Source: Promethearchaeota archaeon (GTDB lineage: Archaea; Asgardarchaeota; Lokiarchaeia; Sigyniarchaeales; SOKP01). Taken from it: a stretch of DNA of 29,357 nt. The notes under the pieces were generated by a model that made no database searches, had not been told where the DNA came from, and worked only from the letters and a program-made list of their open reading frames with translations. The stretch lies in the NCBI GenBank assembly GCA_004524535.1, contig SDNY01000038.1, forward strand, positions 1 through 29,357, in the 5' to 3' direction. Made by a program: the position numbers and the translations under genes. Numbering within the stretch: position 1 is the first letter of the stretch; every line of letters begins with the position of its first letter. This document shows positions 8,668 to 17,655 of this stretch, one piece after another.

Positions 8668-8725
8668 TATATAATTTTTTCAATAATATAAATCTATGTT
8701 CAAAATATAATTCTCATAATTTCAG

Positions 8726-10687
8726 CTAAAAACAGATATCTTCCCTTTCAAGGTTCAATTCATTATGGTTTCTTAATTCTAAATAAAGAGAATTTATATC
8801 GTTTAAACACGAGTGTAATTCTTCATTATTGAATGTAACTAATTCTGATTTATATGATTGAGTCAAAATATACTTTAAATTAATATTAGGAAAATATTTC
8901 GTTGAGGAAAAAAATTCATCTAGTAAAGGATATATTGATGTTTGCTGTAATTGATCAAGATAAAGTGTGTTGACTAAAGAATTAGTAAGTTTCAAGAAAA
9001 AATTTATTTGTTGATCAAAATCACTCAAATTAAGAGATTTAATAAAATTGAAATCTGGTTTTTCTTTTATCTCATATTTCAATTGAGAAAGAACTGATAG
9101 TATTTTTCCTAGATTTGATAAAGATTTAGGTAATTTGTTAGGTATTGGGAGCCTTTTAATAAAACTTCCATTAAATCTGAGAAAACCGCCTGACATATGT
9201 AGAGTCCCAAAAAGAGTTTTGAATACTATATCCATTAATTTAGAATTTAAAATTGTAAGGAGACAATACAATTCATCGGTATCTAATGAAGGTATTCTAA
9301 TAAAATATAACCCCGTAATATTAGTAAATATACCGGGATCGTAGACACAAGTGAGATCTTTAGCAATTTCTCTAAAGATTATTTTTTCACTCCTGAGATT
9401 TTCCCAAATATTATGAAAGTCTGGTTTATAATTAAAAAATGAAACTTTGATATCTCTTTTAGCAATTTTAATACGCTTCCTATGATTTATATAATATTTT
9501 CCAACATTTCCCGTCCCTAATAGGATAAGATCTTTTTCAGATGTTCTTTTTTCAGTAATATTATCAAAATATTTACTGTATTTTAAGAATCCGTATGGTC
9601 GATAGATAATTTTTAAATCTTTAAAAGTATCTGAAAAAGTTTTAAAATTCTCATAAAGAAAACTTACTATTTCAAGATTTCCAGAAATTGGAATAACACT
9701 AGATGGGAATTGATGAGCTAATTTCTGGGGTAAAATCATGGATTTTGAACTATTTTCTTTAATAATATCTTCGATTGTTTTATATTCTTTTATAATTATT
9801 TCATTTGAATTAGTAGGAATTTTTTTATTAAGAGAGAGAATTACAGGATAGGTAGAACTATTTCTAAAAATAGGTAAGGACGATATATTAATAATTTCTT
9901 TAAGTTCTGTTTTTCTAAGTAATAAATTTCTTATTTTAATACCATAATCTGAAGATAAAAATTTATTTGGTAAAATAAATGAAAGATATCCAAAATTTTC
10001 TTTTAAAATTTGTAAAGATTTTTCAATAAATAATATCGCAATGTCAAATAGCTTATAAGCTGTTTTAAAGTTTTTATATAATTTTTTTTTGTAAAGCTTA
10101 TCTTTCAACCTCTTATTTTCAATATAAGGAGGATTTCCAATAATTAAATCAAAACTAATATCTTTATCAAATTCCAAAAGGTAATCCAGATTAAAAACAT
10201 TAATATTTATGTCATCTTGTTTAGTTATTTGCTCAATATTATTAAAATCTAGATTTTCTAAATCGATTTCGATTAAATCTTGATGTATTGTATGATCTGA
10301 ATATAACCAATTTAGTAAGCTTAATATAGATATAAAACAGGCAGATTTATCAATATCTATACCATAAATGTTTTTTTTTAGAATATCTTTTTTCAGCTCA
10401 AACTCATTTAAAAGTGGATTCATTCTTTTCCTTATATTGAATAAAAAATCAGCAATATTTATTAGAAATCTTCCAGATCCACAGGCAGGATCTAAAATTT
10501 TAATATTTTCAATCTCTTTATTGATTTTTTCTCTTAATTCGCAATTAAAATAGATGTTAAAAATCCTTTTAATAATAAAACTAGTAATCTCGTATGGTGT
10601 GTAGACAACGCCAAAATTTTTTAATTCAACTTTTTCTCTGCTTCCATTATTTTCAAAGTTAGCAATAAATTCTTTTAGAAATTCCAT
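8726..10687 (-). CDS. N6-adenine DNA methyltransferase, gamma class (TaqI/Eco57I-like) with C-terminal target-recognition region
   Basis: GVVYTP, motif I ILDPACGSGRF, IYGIDID, motif IV IIGNPPY, and TaqI-C-like KIIFREIA…LLTILNS…IKRLPIP. Confidence 0.9.
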   Translation of the reverse strand: MEFLKEFIANFENNGSREKVELKNFGVVYTPYEITSFIIKRIFNIYFNCELREKINKEIENIKILDPACGSGRFLINIADFLFNIRKRMNPLLNEFELKKDILKKNIYGIDIDKSACFISILSLLNWLYSDHTIHQDLIEIDLENLDFNNIEQITKQDDININVFNLDYLLEFDKDISFDLIIGNPPYIENKRLKDKLYKKKLYKNFKTAYKLFDIAILFIEKSLQILKENFGYLSFILPNKFLSSDYGIKIRNLLLRKTELKEIINISSLPIFRNSSTYPVILSLNKKIPTNSNEIIIKEYKTIEDIIKENSSKSMILPQKLAHQFPSSVIPISGNLEIVSFLYENFKTFSDTFKDLKIIYRPYGFLKYSKYFDNITEKRTSEKDLILLGTGNVGKYYINHRKRIKIAKRDIKVSFFNYKPDFHNIWENLRSEKIIFREIAKDLTCVYDPGIFTNITGLYFIRIPSLDTDELYCLLTILNSKLMDIVFKTLFGTLHMSGGFLRFNGSFIKRLPIPNKLPKSLSNLGKILSVLSQLKYEIKEKPDFNFIKSLNLSDFDQQINFFLKLTNSLVNTLYLDQLQQTSIYPLLDEFFSSTKYFPNINLKYILTQSYKSELVTFNNEELHSCLNDINSLYLELRNHNELNLEREDICF

Positions 10688-10816
10688 TTTCGAAATTAAA
10701 TTACTTTAATTTAAAGTACCTTACATATAATATTATACAAAGATAGTTTTATAATTGTAGGATGTATTGTATTTATCACATATAAAACAGTCTTATATTT
10801 ATCAGAGTTTAGCATT

Positions 10817-11707
10817 TTGATTAACTTACAAAAACTTATTAAAAACCCTGATTCTATCTCTAATCTTAATTTCGAGACAATTTCTGAGATTTTGGGGCAA
10901 TCAAGAGATATTTTTAAGAATGAACCTCTTTTATTGGAATTTAATTTAGAAAACTCTGAGAAGATTATTGTTCTTGGGGATATTCATGGCAATATGCAAA
11001 CTTTAATTAAATTAATAGAAATATTTAATAAAGAGAAGCCGAAGTTTATTATTTCTTTAGGTGATATAGTTGATCGTGGGCCAAAACAACAGGAATGCTT
11101 GATTCTTATGCTATCGTTAAAGATCCTTAATCCAAATAAGTTTTTTATTTTAAAAGGGAATCATGAAACTTTTGAAATGAACCAAGCGTATGGTTTTTTT
11201 TATGAATTTATGAGTAAATTTAAAGATCCAAATAAATTCAACGAAATTTTGGCAGTCTATAATGTTCTTCCAATTTGTGCTATAGTTAACAATTTAATTC
11301 TATGTTTACATGGAGGGATCCCTGAAGATATTGAAATTCTAACTAAATTAAAAGGATTAAAAACAAGTGACATTAATCAACCTTTAATGAATTCAATTGG
11401 AGAGGGAATTTTTCAAATAATCTGGAATGATCCAAAAGATGCATTGAAAGATTTTACTGGGAGTTTTAGAGGTCCTGGAATTAAGTTCTTTGGCGAAGGG
11501 GCGTTTAATAAGTTTATGAATGCTAATCATTTGAAATATCTCATTAGAGCTCATGAGTGCTTCCCTGAAGGATATAGATGGTTTTTTGACAAAAGATTGT
11601 TATCAATATTTTCAGCAGCAAATTATCGAGGGCCTTCCTCAAATCCTGCATCTTATGCGATAATTAAGAATAACGAAATAATTCCAAAAACCTTGGAATT
11701 GTCATAA
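10817..11707 (+). CDS. PPP-family Ser/Thr protein phosphatase
   Basis: GDIHG, GDIVDRG, GNHE, LHGG, IWNDP, RGPG…FG, IRAHE and FSAANY motifs. TTG start. Confidence 0.93.
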   Translation: MINLQKLIKNPDSISNLNFETISEILGQSRDIFKNEPLLLEFNLENSEKIIVLGDIHGNMQTLIKLIEIFNKEKPKFIISLGDIVDRGPKQQECLILMLSLKILNPNKFFILKGNHETFEMNQAYGFFYEFMSKFKDPNKFNEILAVYNVLPICAIVNNLILCLHGGIPEDIEILTKLKGLKTSDINQPLMNSIGEGIFQIIWNDPKDALKDFTGSFRGPGIKFFGEGAFNKFMNANHLKYLIRAHECFPEGYRWFFDKRLLSIFSAANYRGPSSNPASYAIIKNNEIIPKTLELS

Positions 11708-11830
11708 TTTAATTAACTTGAATTTTATCTTAATATATATTACGCTTCTTCGCTATATAAATATTATATTTGTTCTAAAATATAGAATCCTTGGTAATAT
11801 TGAAAAAATAATAAAATAATATCTGAATTA

Positions 11831-12373
11831 ATGATGAAAGAAATAAGCTCATCAATGAATTTTAGATTTACCTATCAGCCAAAGCGTTTAATAGGTTTTG
11901 GTATAGTATTTATTATATTATGCACAGCTGTTTTGGTTGCTTTTTATTATGGAATAATCAATGATTTTTCTCCAAATCCAGTTGGTGAATTTATCCTTTT
12001 TATAATAATTTATATAATATTAGAACCATGTGTGATTTTCTGGGGTTTTTATAGAATAAGATTAGGAAGAAAAAAAATAATATTGGAATTTGAAGGGACA
12101 CATTTAAGAAAGTATGAAAATCAGAAATTAAAAATAGAGATATCAGTAGATGAGCTTGAAAAAATAACTTATACATATCCCGATACATTGGAATGGAGAA
12201 CTATAGTTTTCCAATTATTGAACAAAAAAAAGATTAAACTAACCATCTCCGAAAAAAAAGAGCTTCTTAAATTCGAAGAATTTTTTAAATTTTTAGTATA
12301 TTATAGTAAAAAATATAATATTTTGTTCGAAGAAAATGAAATAAAGCAAAGGGCTTTCCCTATTGGCTTTTAA
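11831..12373 (+). CDS. Hypothetical membrane protein (two TM helices plus soluble beta-rich domain, possibly PH-like)
   Basis: Hydrophobic stretches LIGFGIVFIILCTAVLVAFYY and FILFIIIYIILEPCVIFWGF, followed by a charged beta-rich tail. Confidence 0.7.
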   Translation: MMKEISSSMNFRFTYQPKRLIGFGIVFIILCTAVLVAFYYGIINDFSPNPVGEFILFIIIYIILEPCVIFWGFYRIRLGRKKIILEFEGTHLRKYENQKLKIEISVDELEKITYTYPDTLEWRTIVFQLLNKKKIKLTISEKKELLKFEEFFKFLVYYSKKYNILFEENEIKQRAFPIGF

Positions 12374-12463
12374 AGAAAGTGTATAAAATCTTTTTGATTA
12401 AATATTATATTTAATTCAAGATATAAGAAAATCTTATTTTATCTTTTAACTATTATTATAAAA

Positions 12464-12811
12464 TCACTTACTTACTTCCGAGTATGACTTAATTAGATCT
12501 TCAGAAGGATAATAAATATAAGCCTCTAATTCTTTTTCCTTAACAGTTTTAACCTTTACTAGTAATCGATGGTATAAGTCACCTTCATTTTCAATAACAT
12601 CAATTCTTTCGAGTAAAGAATCGGGAACTTCAAAATAAACTTCACCCTCTACAATTGATCCTTCTTCACGAATGATAAAAGGAAACCCTAATGTTGGAGG
12701 TTCAACTTTCTTATAATCTGGTAATATGGCTTTTTCATATGATAAATCTTTAAGGATTGAATTCCGACTTTGTCCGTGCTGTAGAGTTCCATAAACAAAA
12801 AGATTATTCAG
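12464..12811 (-). CDS. Gamma-glutamylcyclotransferase (GGCT/AIG2-like), not in the ORF track, probable CTG start
   Basis: Manual translation, 115 aa: (M)NNLFVYGTLQHGQSRNSILKDLSYEKAILPDYKKVEPPTLGFPFIIREEGSIVEGEVYFEVPDSLLERIDVIENEGDLYHRLLVKVKTVKEKELEAYIYYPSEDLIKSYSEVSK*. Family motifs LFVYGTL, VEGEVY, IDxxE, YxR and AYIY are present. Confidence 0.85.
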   Translation of the reverse strand: MNNLFVYGTLQHGQSRNSILKDLSYEKAILPDYKKVEPPTLGFPFIIREEGSIVEGEVYFEVPDSLLERIDVIENEGDLYHRLLVKVKTVKEKELEAYIYYPSEDLIKSYSEVSK

Positions 12812-12907
12812 CTTCTCTTCGTGCCTTTTATTATTATTATTACTAGAATTTTATGAATTCAATTTTGATTTTTCAATTTAGTGGTTAAAAATAAGAGTTT
12901 TCAGTCG

Positions 12908-13171
12908 TTACAGAGAAGAAGCATCAGGTTTTACAAACAACAAATTATTACCACGAATAAAAATTTCATTGTACTTTGCAACGGGACTTTCATCCATAAT
13001 TTCTGTAACATCTTCTAAAATCATATTCATATAAGCATCAATTTCTTTTAGAATCCCCCGATATTCAGTTCCATCTTTTAATCGTAGCAAAATTTTTGAT
13101 TTTTGGGCATTTTGCAATATGCTTAAAGGATTTTTTGCTTTTCTCTGTTGATTATTATTATTTCTTGACAT
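12908..13171 (-). CDS. Sm-like (LSm/SmAP) RNA-binding protein
   Basis: Sm1 motif LKDGTEYRGILKEIDAYMNMIL and Sm2 motif IFIRGNNLLFV. Confidence 0.93.
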   Translation of the reverse strand: MSRNNNNQQRKAKNPLSILQNAQKSKILLRLKDGTEYRGILKEIDAYMNMILEDVTEIMDESPVAKYNEIFIRGNNLLFVKPDASSL

Positions 13172-13299
13172 ACTAGCTTTAGACCTTTTAAAAAAATAAT
13201 ATCATTTAATATCATATCAATAATAGATATTTTAAAGATAAATTTTTTTGAATAAAAACCTTATTATCTGATATTAACCTTTTTAGAATTTAAATTTCA

Positions 13300-13911
13300 T
13301 TGGTAATTTCTTTGAAAAAGAGGAGAGAGAATCCAGATAAGAAAAAAGAGATTATTAATAAATACGATGCCACCTCAGATTATTATGAAAGAAGATACTC
13401 TGAAATTCAATATAAAAAATATGAAATTGTTTTAAAAGATTTTATACTAAGAGATAAAGTCATATTAGATGCAGGTTGCGGAACGGGATTACTGTTAGAT
13501 TACATAATTAGTTCAATAGAAAAAACCAAATCAGTATATTATTCTTATATAGCAATTGATAACTCTATTAATATGTTAAAAATTTTCAAATCAAAAAATT
13601 TCAATAAAGATAAGAAAATAAGCAACAAATTAAATTTAGTATTATCAGATTTAGAAAATTTACCACTCAGAGGCACTATAGTTAATTCTGTTTTATCTCT
13701 TACTTCTCTTCAAAATTTGCCTCACATTAATGATGGAGTTAAAGAAATGCTTAGAGTAGCTAAAGATGAGATAAAAATTTCAATTTTAAAGAAGAAATTA
13801 GACTTGAATCAATTAATCTCATTATTAAAACCAAGAATATATAACCTTGAAATTATTGACAAAGAAACTATAGAAGATGTTATTATTCAAGGAAAAAAAG
13901 TTAAAACTTAG
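13300..13911 (+). CDS. Class I SAM-dependent methyltransferase
   Basis: ILDAGCGTG, IAIDNSINML, SDLENLPL and EMLRV. Exact start is uncertain (TTG at 13300 or 13312). Confidence 0.88.
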   Translation: MVISLKKRRENPDKKKEIINKYDATSDYYERRYSEIQYKKYEIVLKDFILRDKVILDAGCGTGLLLDYIISSIEKTKSVYYSYIAIDNSINMLKIFKSKNFNKDKKISNKLNLVLSDLENLPLRGTIVNSVLSLTSLQNLPHINDGVKEMLRVAKDEIKISILKKKLDLNQLISLLKPRIYNLEIIDKETIEDVIIQGKKVKT

Positions 13912-13922
13912 GGCATGAAATA

Positions 13923-14801
13923 TTATTTTTGATAAAATTTTGATAATATCTCATTAATATTACTTTGAATTTTAAATTTTTTTTTAAAATAATTACATAC
14001 ATTTTCAATATCTCGTTTTAGGAGAGAAACTGCATTTGGATGTCCACTATGAACCCATTGTACCCAGTCTATTATCAATATATTTCCTTCTTCGTCCACA
14101 ACGATATTAAATTCTCCCAAATCACCATGGACTAGGTTTGCTTCCTGATATATTATTCTCATTTGGTCAATAATTTGATTAAATATGTATTCAGGCTTAT
14201 CAATACTCTTATAATAAACCAATTCTTTTCCTCTCAAATATTCCATTACAATTATGTGCCTATTATATCCAATTGGTTTAGGTGTATTTAATTTGAGCTT
14301 ATATATCTTTTCTAATGCATCAAATTCTTTCCTAGCAGCAAGCCTATTTACATAGAGCCACGAGAAGTGGCCTCTTTCACCAATTAAATCTCTATATTTT
14401 TTAATACTCTTAAAACTTCTTCTTCCCATTCGATATATTTTTAAAGCATAGATATTTTCGTTATCGTCCATGCAGCTATAAACATCAGATTCCTTTCCTT
14501 TCCCAATAACAGCTCCCAACTGGCTCACTATACCTTTCTCAACTAATGAATGTAAAGCTAAAAGATCATAAGCTTTTGAATTTAAAGTATAAGCAATTTC
14601 ACGTTCAGAAGAATTTCTAATTATTAAATCAAGTTTATGAACTTTTTTCAGTCTAAATAAGGTTTCTTCTTTTGGATATCTGGAATAAAATCTAATATTG
14701 TTAACTGTGACATATTCGGACCTTTTCATACCAATTTCTATTGCCATTAGGATTCTAAAATCTTCTTTATCAAACTTCTTAAGTAGTTTAGCCGCTTCCA
14801 C
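13923..14801 (-). CDS. rio2: RIO2-type atypical Ser/Thr kinase with N-terminal winged helix
   Basis: DFRILMAIEIGM winged-helix start, IGKGKESDVY, ALKIYRMG, NRHIIVMEY, VHGDLGEFNI, IIDWVQ and LKRDIEN. Confidence 0.9.
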   Translation of the reverse strand: MEAAKLLKKFDKEDFRILMAIEIGMKRSEYVTVNNIRFYSRYPKEETLFRLKKVHKLDLIIRNSSEREIAYTLNSKAYDLLALHSLVEKGIVSQLGAVIGKGKESDVYSCMDDNENIYALKIYRMGRRSFKSIKKYRDLIGERGHFSWLYVNRLAARKEFDALEKIYKLKLNTPKPIGYNRHIIVMEYLRGKELVYYKSIDKPEYIFNQIIDQMRIIYQEANLVHGDLGEFNIVVDEEGNILIIDWVQWVHSGHPNAVSLLKRDIENVCNYFKKKFKIQSNINEILSKFYQK

Positions 14802-14901
14802 AAATAAAAGATCTATTTTGTCCTTTTTTAATTTATTGAGTTAAAGATACAGACCCTATAAAAGATTAAATAATTAAATAATTAAAAATTAGATTTTGAT
14901 T

Positions 14902-15801
14902 TTATTGATTTTCTAATCTTCTTTTAATTTCGTTCCATTGATCTCTAATGTAATTACGATAAGTTTCAATATCTTGTTTGCTAATATTGCTAAATCTTTT
15001 TTGCGCACTTAAGTACTGTTCAATGTCTTTACGTTTAGCAGGATCTAAAAATTTCTTACTTGGTTGAGATAGAGCAAATTTGCCATTGCTAATCTCATAA
15101 AGAGGCCAGAATCCAGTATCATTTGCTAATCTTCCAATTCTGATAGTATCTTTTGGATCGTAACCCCAACCAGGAGGGCATGCTGAGAGAATGTGTATAT
15201 ATCTTGTGCCCTTTATATCCCTAGCTTTTTTAAATTTTTCATACAAATCAAGTGGATAAGATCCATTCGCAGTTGCTACATAAGAAATACCATGAGCTTC
15301 TAAAATTTTAGGCATATTTTTCTTAGGTCTAGTTTTTCCACCAGGAGTAGTTGCTGTAAAGGCTCCGAGAGGTGTTGAACCACTTCTTTGAACTCCTGTA
15401 TTCATATAAGCCTCGTTATCATAACATGCATAAATAAAATTGGTACCTCTTTCAGCCGCTCCACTAAGGGCCTGTATACCAATATCAGTAGTACCCCCAT
15501 CTCCTGCAAATGCCACAACACATATTTCATCAGCTAATCCTTTTTCTTCTAAAGACGCAACAATCCCAGAAGCAGAAGCTCCCGTGGTCGCGAAAGGAGT
15601 ATGAAGTACAGAGAGTTTAGTTGTACAAAAGCCCTGCATGCCATGTAAAACGGTAAGACATGAAGCTGGAACTGTCAATATTGTTTTTGGACCAAGAGCT
15701 TTAAGAGCAAATCGATAAATTAAGGACATTGCACATCCAGCACACATCCTTGTACCAGGATGAATATATTCATCTTCCACAATCTCTAGTACATTTACCA
15801 T
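14902..15801 (-). CDS. porB: 2-oxoacid (pyruvate/ketoisovalerate-type):ferredoxin oxidoreductase beta subunit
   Basis: CAGC, TPP motif GDGG…DIG…YDNEAYMNTGVQRS and ACPPGW. Start reassigned to ATG at 15801, which follows a GGAGGTG SD. Substrate specificity cannot be determined. Confidence 0.9.
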   Translation of the reverse strand: MVNVLEIVEDEYIHPGTRMCAGCAMSLIYRFALKALGPKTILTVPASCLTVLHGMQGFCTTKLSVLHTPFATTGASASGIVASLEEKGLADEICVVAFAGDGGTTDIGIQALSGAAERGTNFIYACYDNEAYMNTGVQRSGSTPLGAFTATTPGGKTRPKKNMPKILEAHGISYVATANGSYPLDLYEKFKKARDIKGTRYIHILSACPPGWGYDPKDTIRIGRLANDTGFWPLYEISNGKFALSQPSKKFLDPAKRKDIEQYLSAQKRFSNISKQDIETYRNYIRDQWNEIKRRLENQ

Positions 15802-15802
15802 A

Positions 15803-17101
15803 TTATTTTCCACCTCCCTTGAGAAATTCCTGTTCATCATAATCCTTTAATTCATCTAATTTCAAGCCAAAATATTCAGTCTTATAGATAATATCACCTT
15901 TCTTAGCTAATTCTAAAGATTTATGAACTCCCTCTATAATATATTCACTCTTTACATCTCTTCCTCCCAGACCAACGATAAAACTCTTAATAAAAGGTGG
16001 ATTTTTTAAGCCATAAAGTGCAGCTTTCAATTCATATGATAAAACCCCTTCATAACCATATCCTATTTCTCTATCAAAAACAATTATATTCTTTTTACCT
16101 TTAAAAAACTCTCTTAAATATTTTATAGGGAATGGTCTGAACAATCTTAAACTCACTAAACCTATTTTTAATCCTTCTTCTCGAAGTTTTTCGATTACAG
16201 TTCTCGCTTGAGCAGATACTGATCCCATGGCAAAAATAATTGTATCCGCGTCATCTGTCTTATAAGTTTTAAATAATCCATTGCCATAAGCTCTACCGAA
16301 TTTTTTAGCAAATTCATCATGCACTTCTTTTATAACGTTAATGGAATTTTCTAGCGCTTTTTGCAGAGAATACCTAAATTCATAATAACCTGGAGCAGTT
16401 CCTTCTTTTCTTTTTATTATATCAGGAGTAGTCACTGGTCCTACTCCTTTTACTTGAGATATATCTGATAAATTAATATGATGATTCAAAGGGGGTAAGA
16501 AAGTATCAATATCTTCTTGATTCTCTAATTCAATAGGCATCATAGTGTGAGATAAAATATATCCATCATACGCCACAATAGTGGGAATGTTTACTCTAGG
16601 ATCTTCAGATATTTTAAATGCCTGGATATTAGTGTCATAAATCTCTTGATTATCTTCACACATAAATTGAATCCAACCAACATCTCTTATTGTAATAAAA
16701 TCTGAATGATCATCCCAGACTGACCATGGTGCACCACAACTTCGGGTGGCTAAATTTATTATAATAGGTAATCGAGTTCCCGAAGCCCACGGCAGAAGCT
16801 CATACATTAACATAAGCCCATGGGCAGAGGTCGCAGTGCCTACTCTTGAACCTGAAGCTGATGCTGCACAGCAAGCCGCAGCTGCAGAATGTTCAGATTC
16901 GACTAATAAGAATCTTGCTTTTAATTTACCTTTTTCTATAAATTCAGAAATTTTTTCTACAACAGGACTCTGGGGAGTTATTGGATATGCTGACATAACT
17001 CCTACTCTAGCATGCCTAAAGGCATAAGCAGCAGCGTGATTACCAGTTAAGATTTTCACTTTTTTTTTTGAATTGACCATATTTTTTCCAATAATAGTCA
17101 T
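15803..17101 (-). CDS. porA: 2-oxoacid:ferredoxin oxidoreductase alpha subunit
   Basis: GNHAAAYA, AYPITPQS, ESEHSA, TATSAHGL, FRPFP and GLGGRD. ATGA overlap with the delta stop and a GAGGTGA SD. Confidence 0.92.
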   Translation of the reverse strand: MTIIGKNMVNSKKKVKILTGNHAAAYAFRHARVGVMSAYPITPQSPVVEKISEFIEKGKLKARFLLVESEHSAAAACCAASASGSRVGTATSAHGLMLMYELLPWASGTRLPIIINLATRSCGAPWSVWDDHSDFITIRDVGWIQFMCEDNQEIYDTNIQAFKISEDPRVNIPTIVAYDGYILSHTMMPIELENQEDIDTFLPPLNHHINLSDISQVKGVGPVTTPDIIKRKEGTAPGYYEFRYSLQKALENSINVIKEVHDEFAKKFGRAYGNGLFKTYKTDDADTIIFAMGSVSAQARTVIEKLREEGLKIGLVSLRLFRPFPIKYLREFFKGKKNIIVFDREIGYGYEGVLSYELKAALYGLKNPPFIKSFIVGLGGRDVKSEYIIEGVHKSLELAKKGDIIYKTEYFGLKLDELKDYDEQEFLKGGGK

Positions 17102-17397
17102 TCAAACTTCACCTCTTCCATCGATATCGCGTTTACGGGACATTCCTCCATACAAATCCCGCATCCTTTGCAATATTCTAAATTTATTTTAGGGGGAATT
17201 TCTCGGGAAACAACTGCTTCAGGGCAATACAACCAACAATTAAAACAAATAAATTTCCCAGATTTCGCTGGAATGCATTTTTCTAAATCAATAACTGGTT
17301 TTAGTCTGCTCCACGTTCCCGTTTTTCCCGCTTCGCCTATTACAGGTTTTTGAACAGAAGCAAGTATTTTCTGATAATCTTTTTTCAAATCTGTCAT
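17098..17397 (-). CDS. porD: 2-oxoacid:ferredoxin oxidoreductase delta subunit (2x[4Fe-4S])
   Basis: KTGTWSRLKPVID, C…CFNCWLYCP and YCKGCGICMEECP. Confidence 0.92.
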   Translation of the reverse strand: MTDLKKDYQKILASVQKPVIGEAGKTGTWSRLKPVIDLEKCIPAKSGKFICFNCWLYCPEAVVSREIPPKINLEYCKGCGICMEECPVNAISMEEVKFE

Positions 17398-17655
17398 GGA
17401 AATACCAAAATTAGTTTTGACTATTACGCAATTTAATAACTCTTGAAATAAAACTCTTTTCTTTATTATTTTACTGAAATTTATTTAAAAAAATTATAAA
17501 AGTTAAATATACGTTATAATGGGTAAAAAGAGCAAATAAAAAGTAAGAAATATATATTTAATACTTCCTTATTCTTTTTGAACAAATTAAATCTTCTGAT
17601 TAATTTTAAGAGTAATAAAATTTTTTTTTTAAAAAGCAATTAGCAAGAAGAAGCG

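Noticed and set aside
2943-10687. Zinc-ribbon nuclease fragment and the DNA methyltransferase as a restriction-modification pair
   Set aside because: They are more than 5 kb apart with five unrelated genes between them, and the nuclease lacks its catalytic N-terminal part.
12830-13171. Similar (AAT)4 runs at the Sm N-terminus and just upstream of the GGCT frame
   Set aside because: Low-complexity trinucleotide runs in AT-rich DNA are insufficient evidence for a duplication or a regulatory repeat.
15802-15840. ORF-track N-terminal extension of porB (MMNRNFSREVENN)
   Set aside because: It overlaps the porA 3' end. The ATG at 15801 has a strong GGAGGTG SD and directly follows the porA stop.
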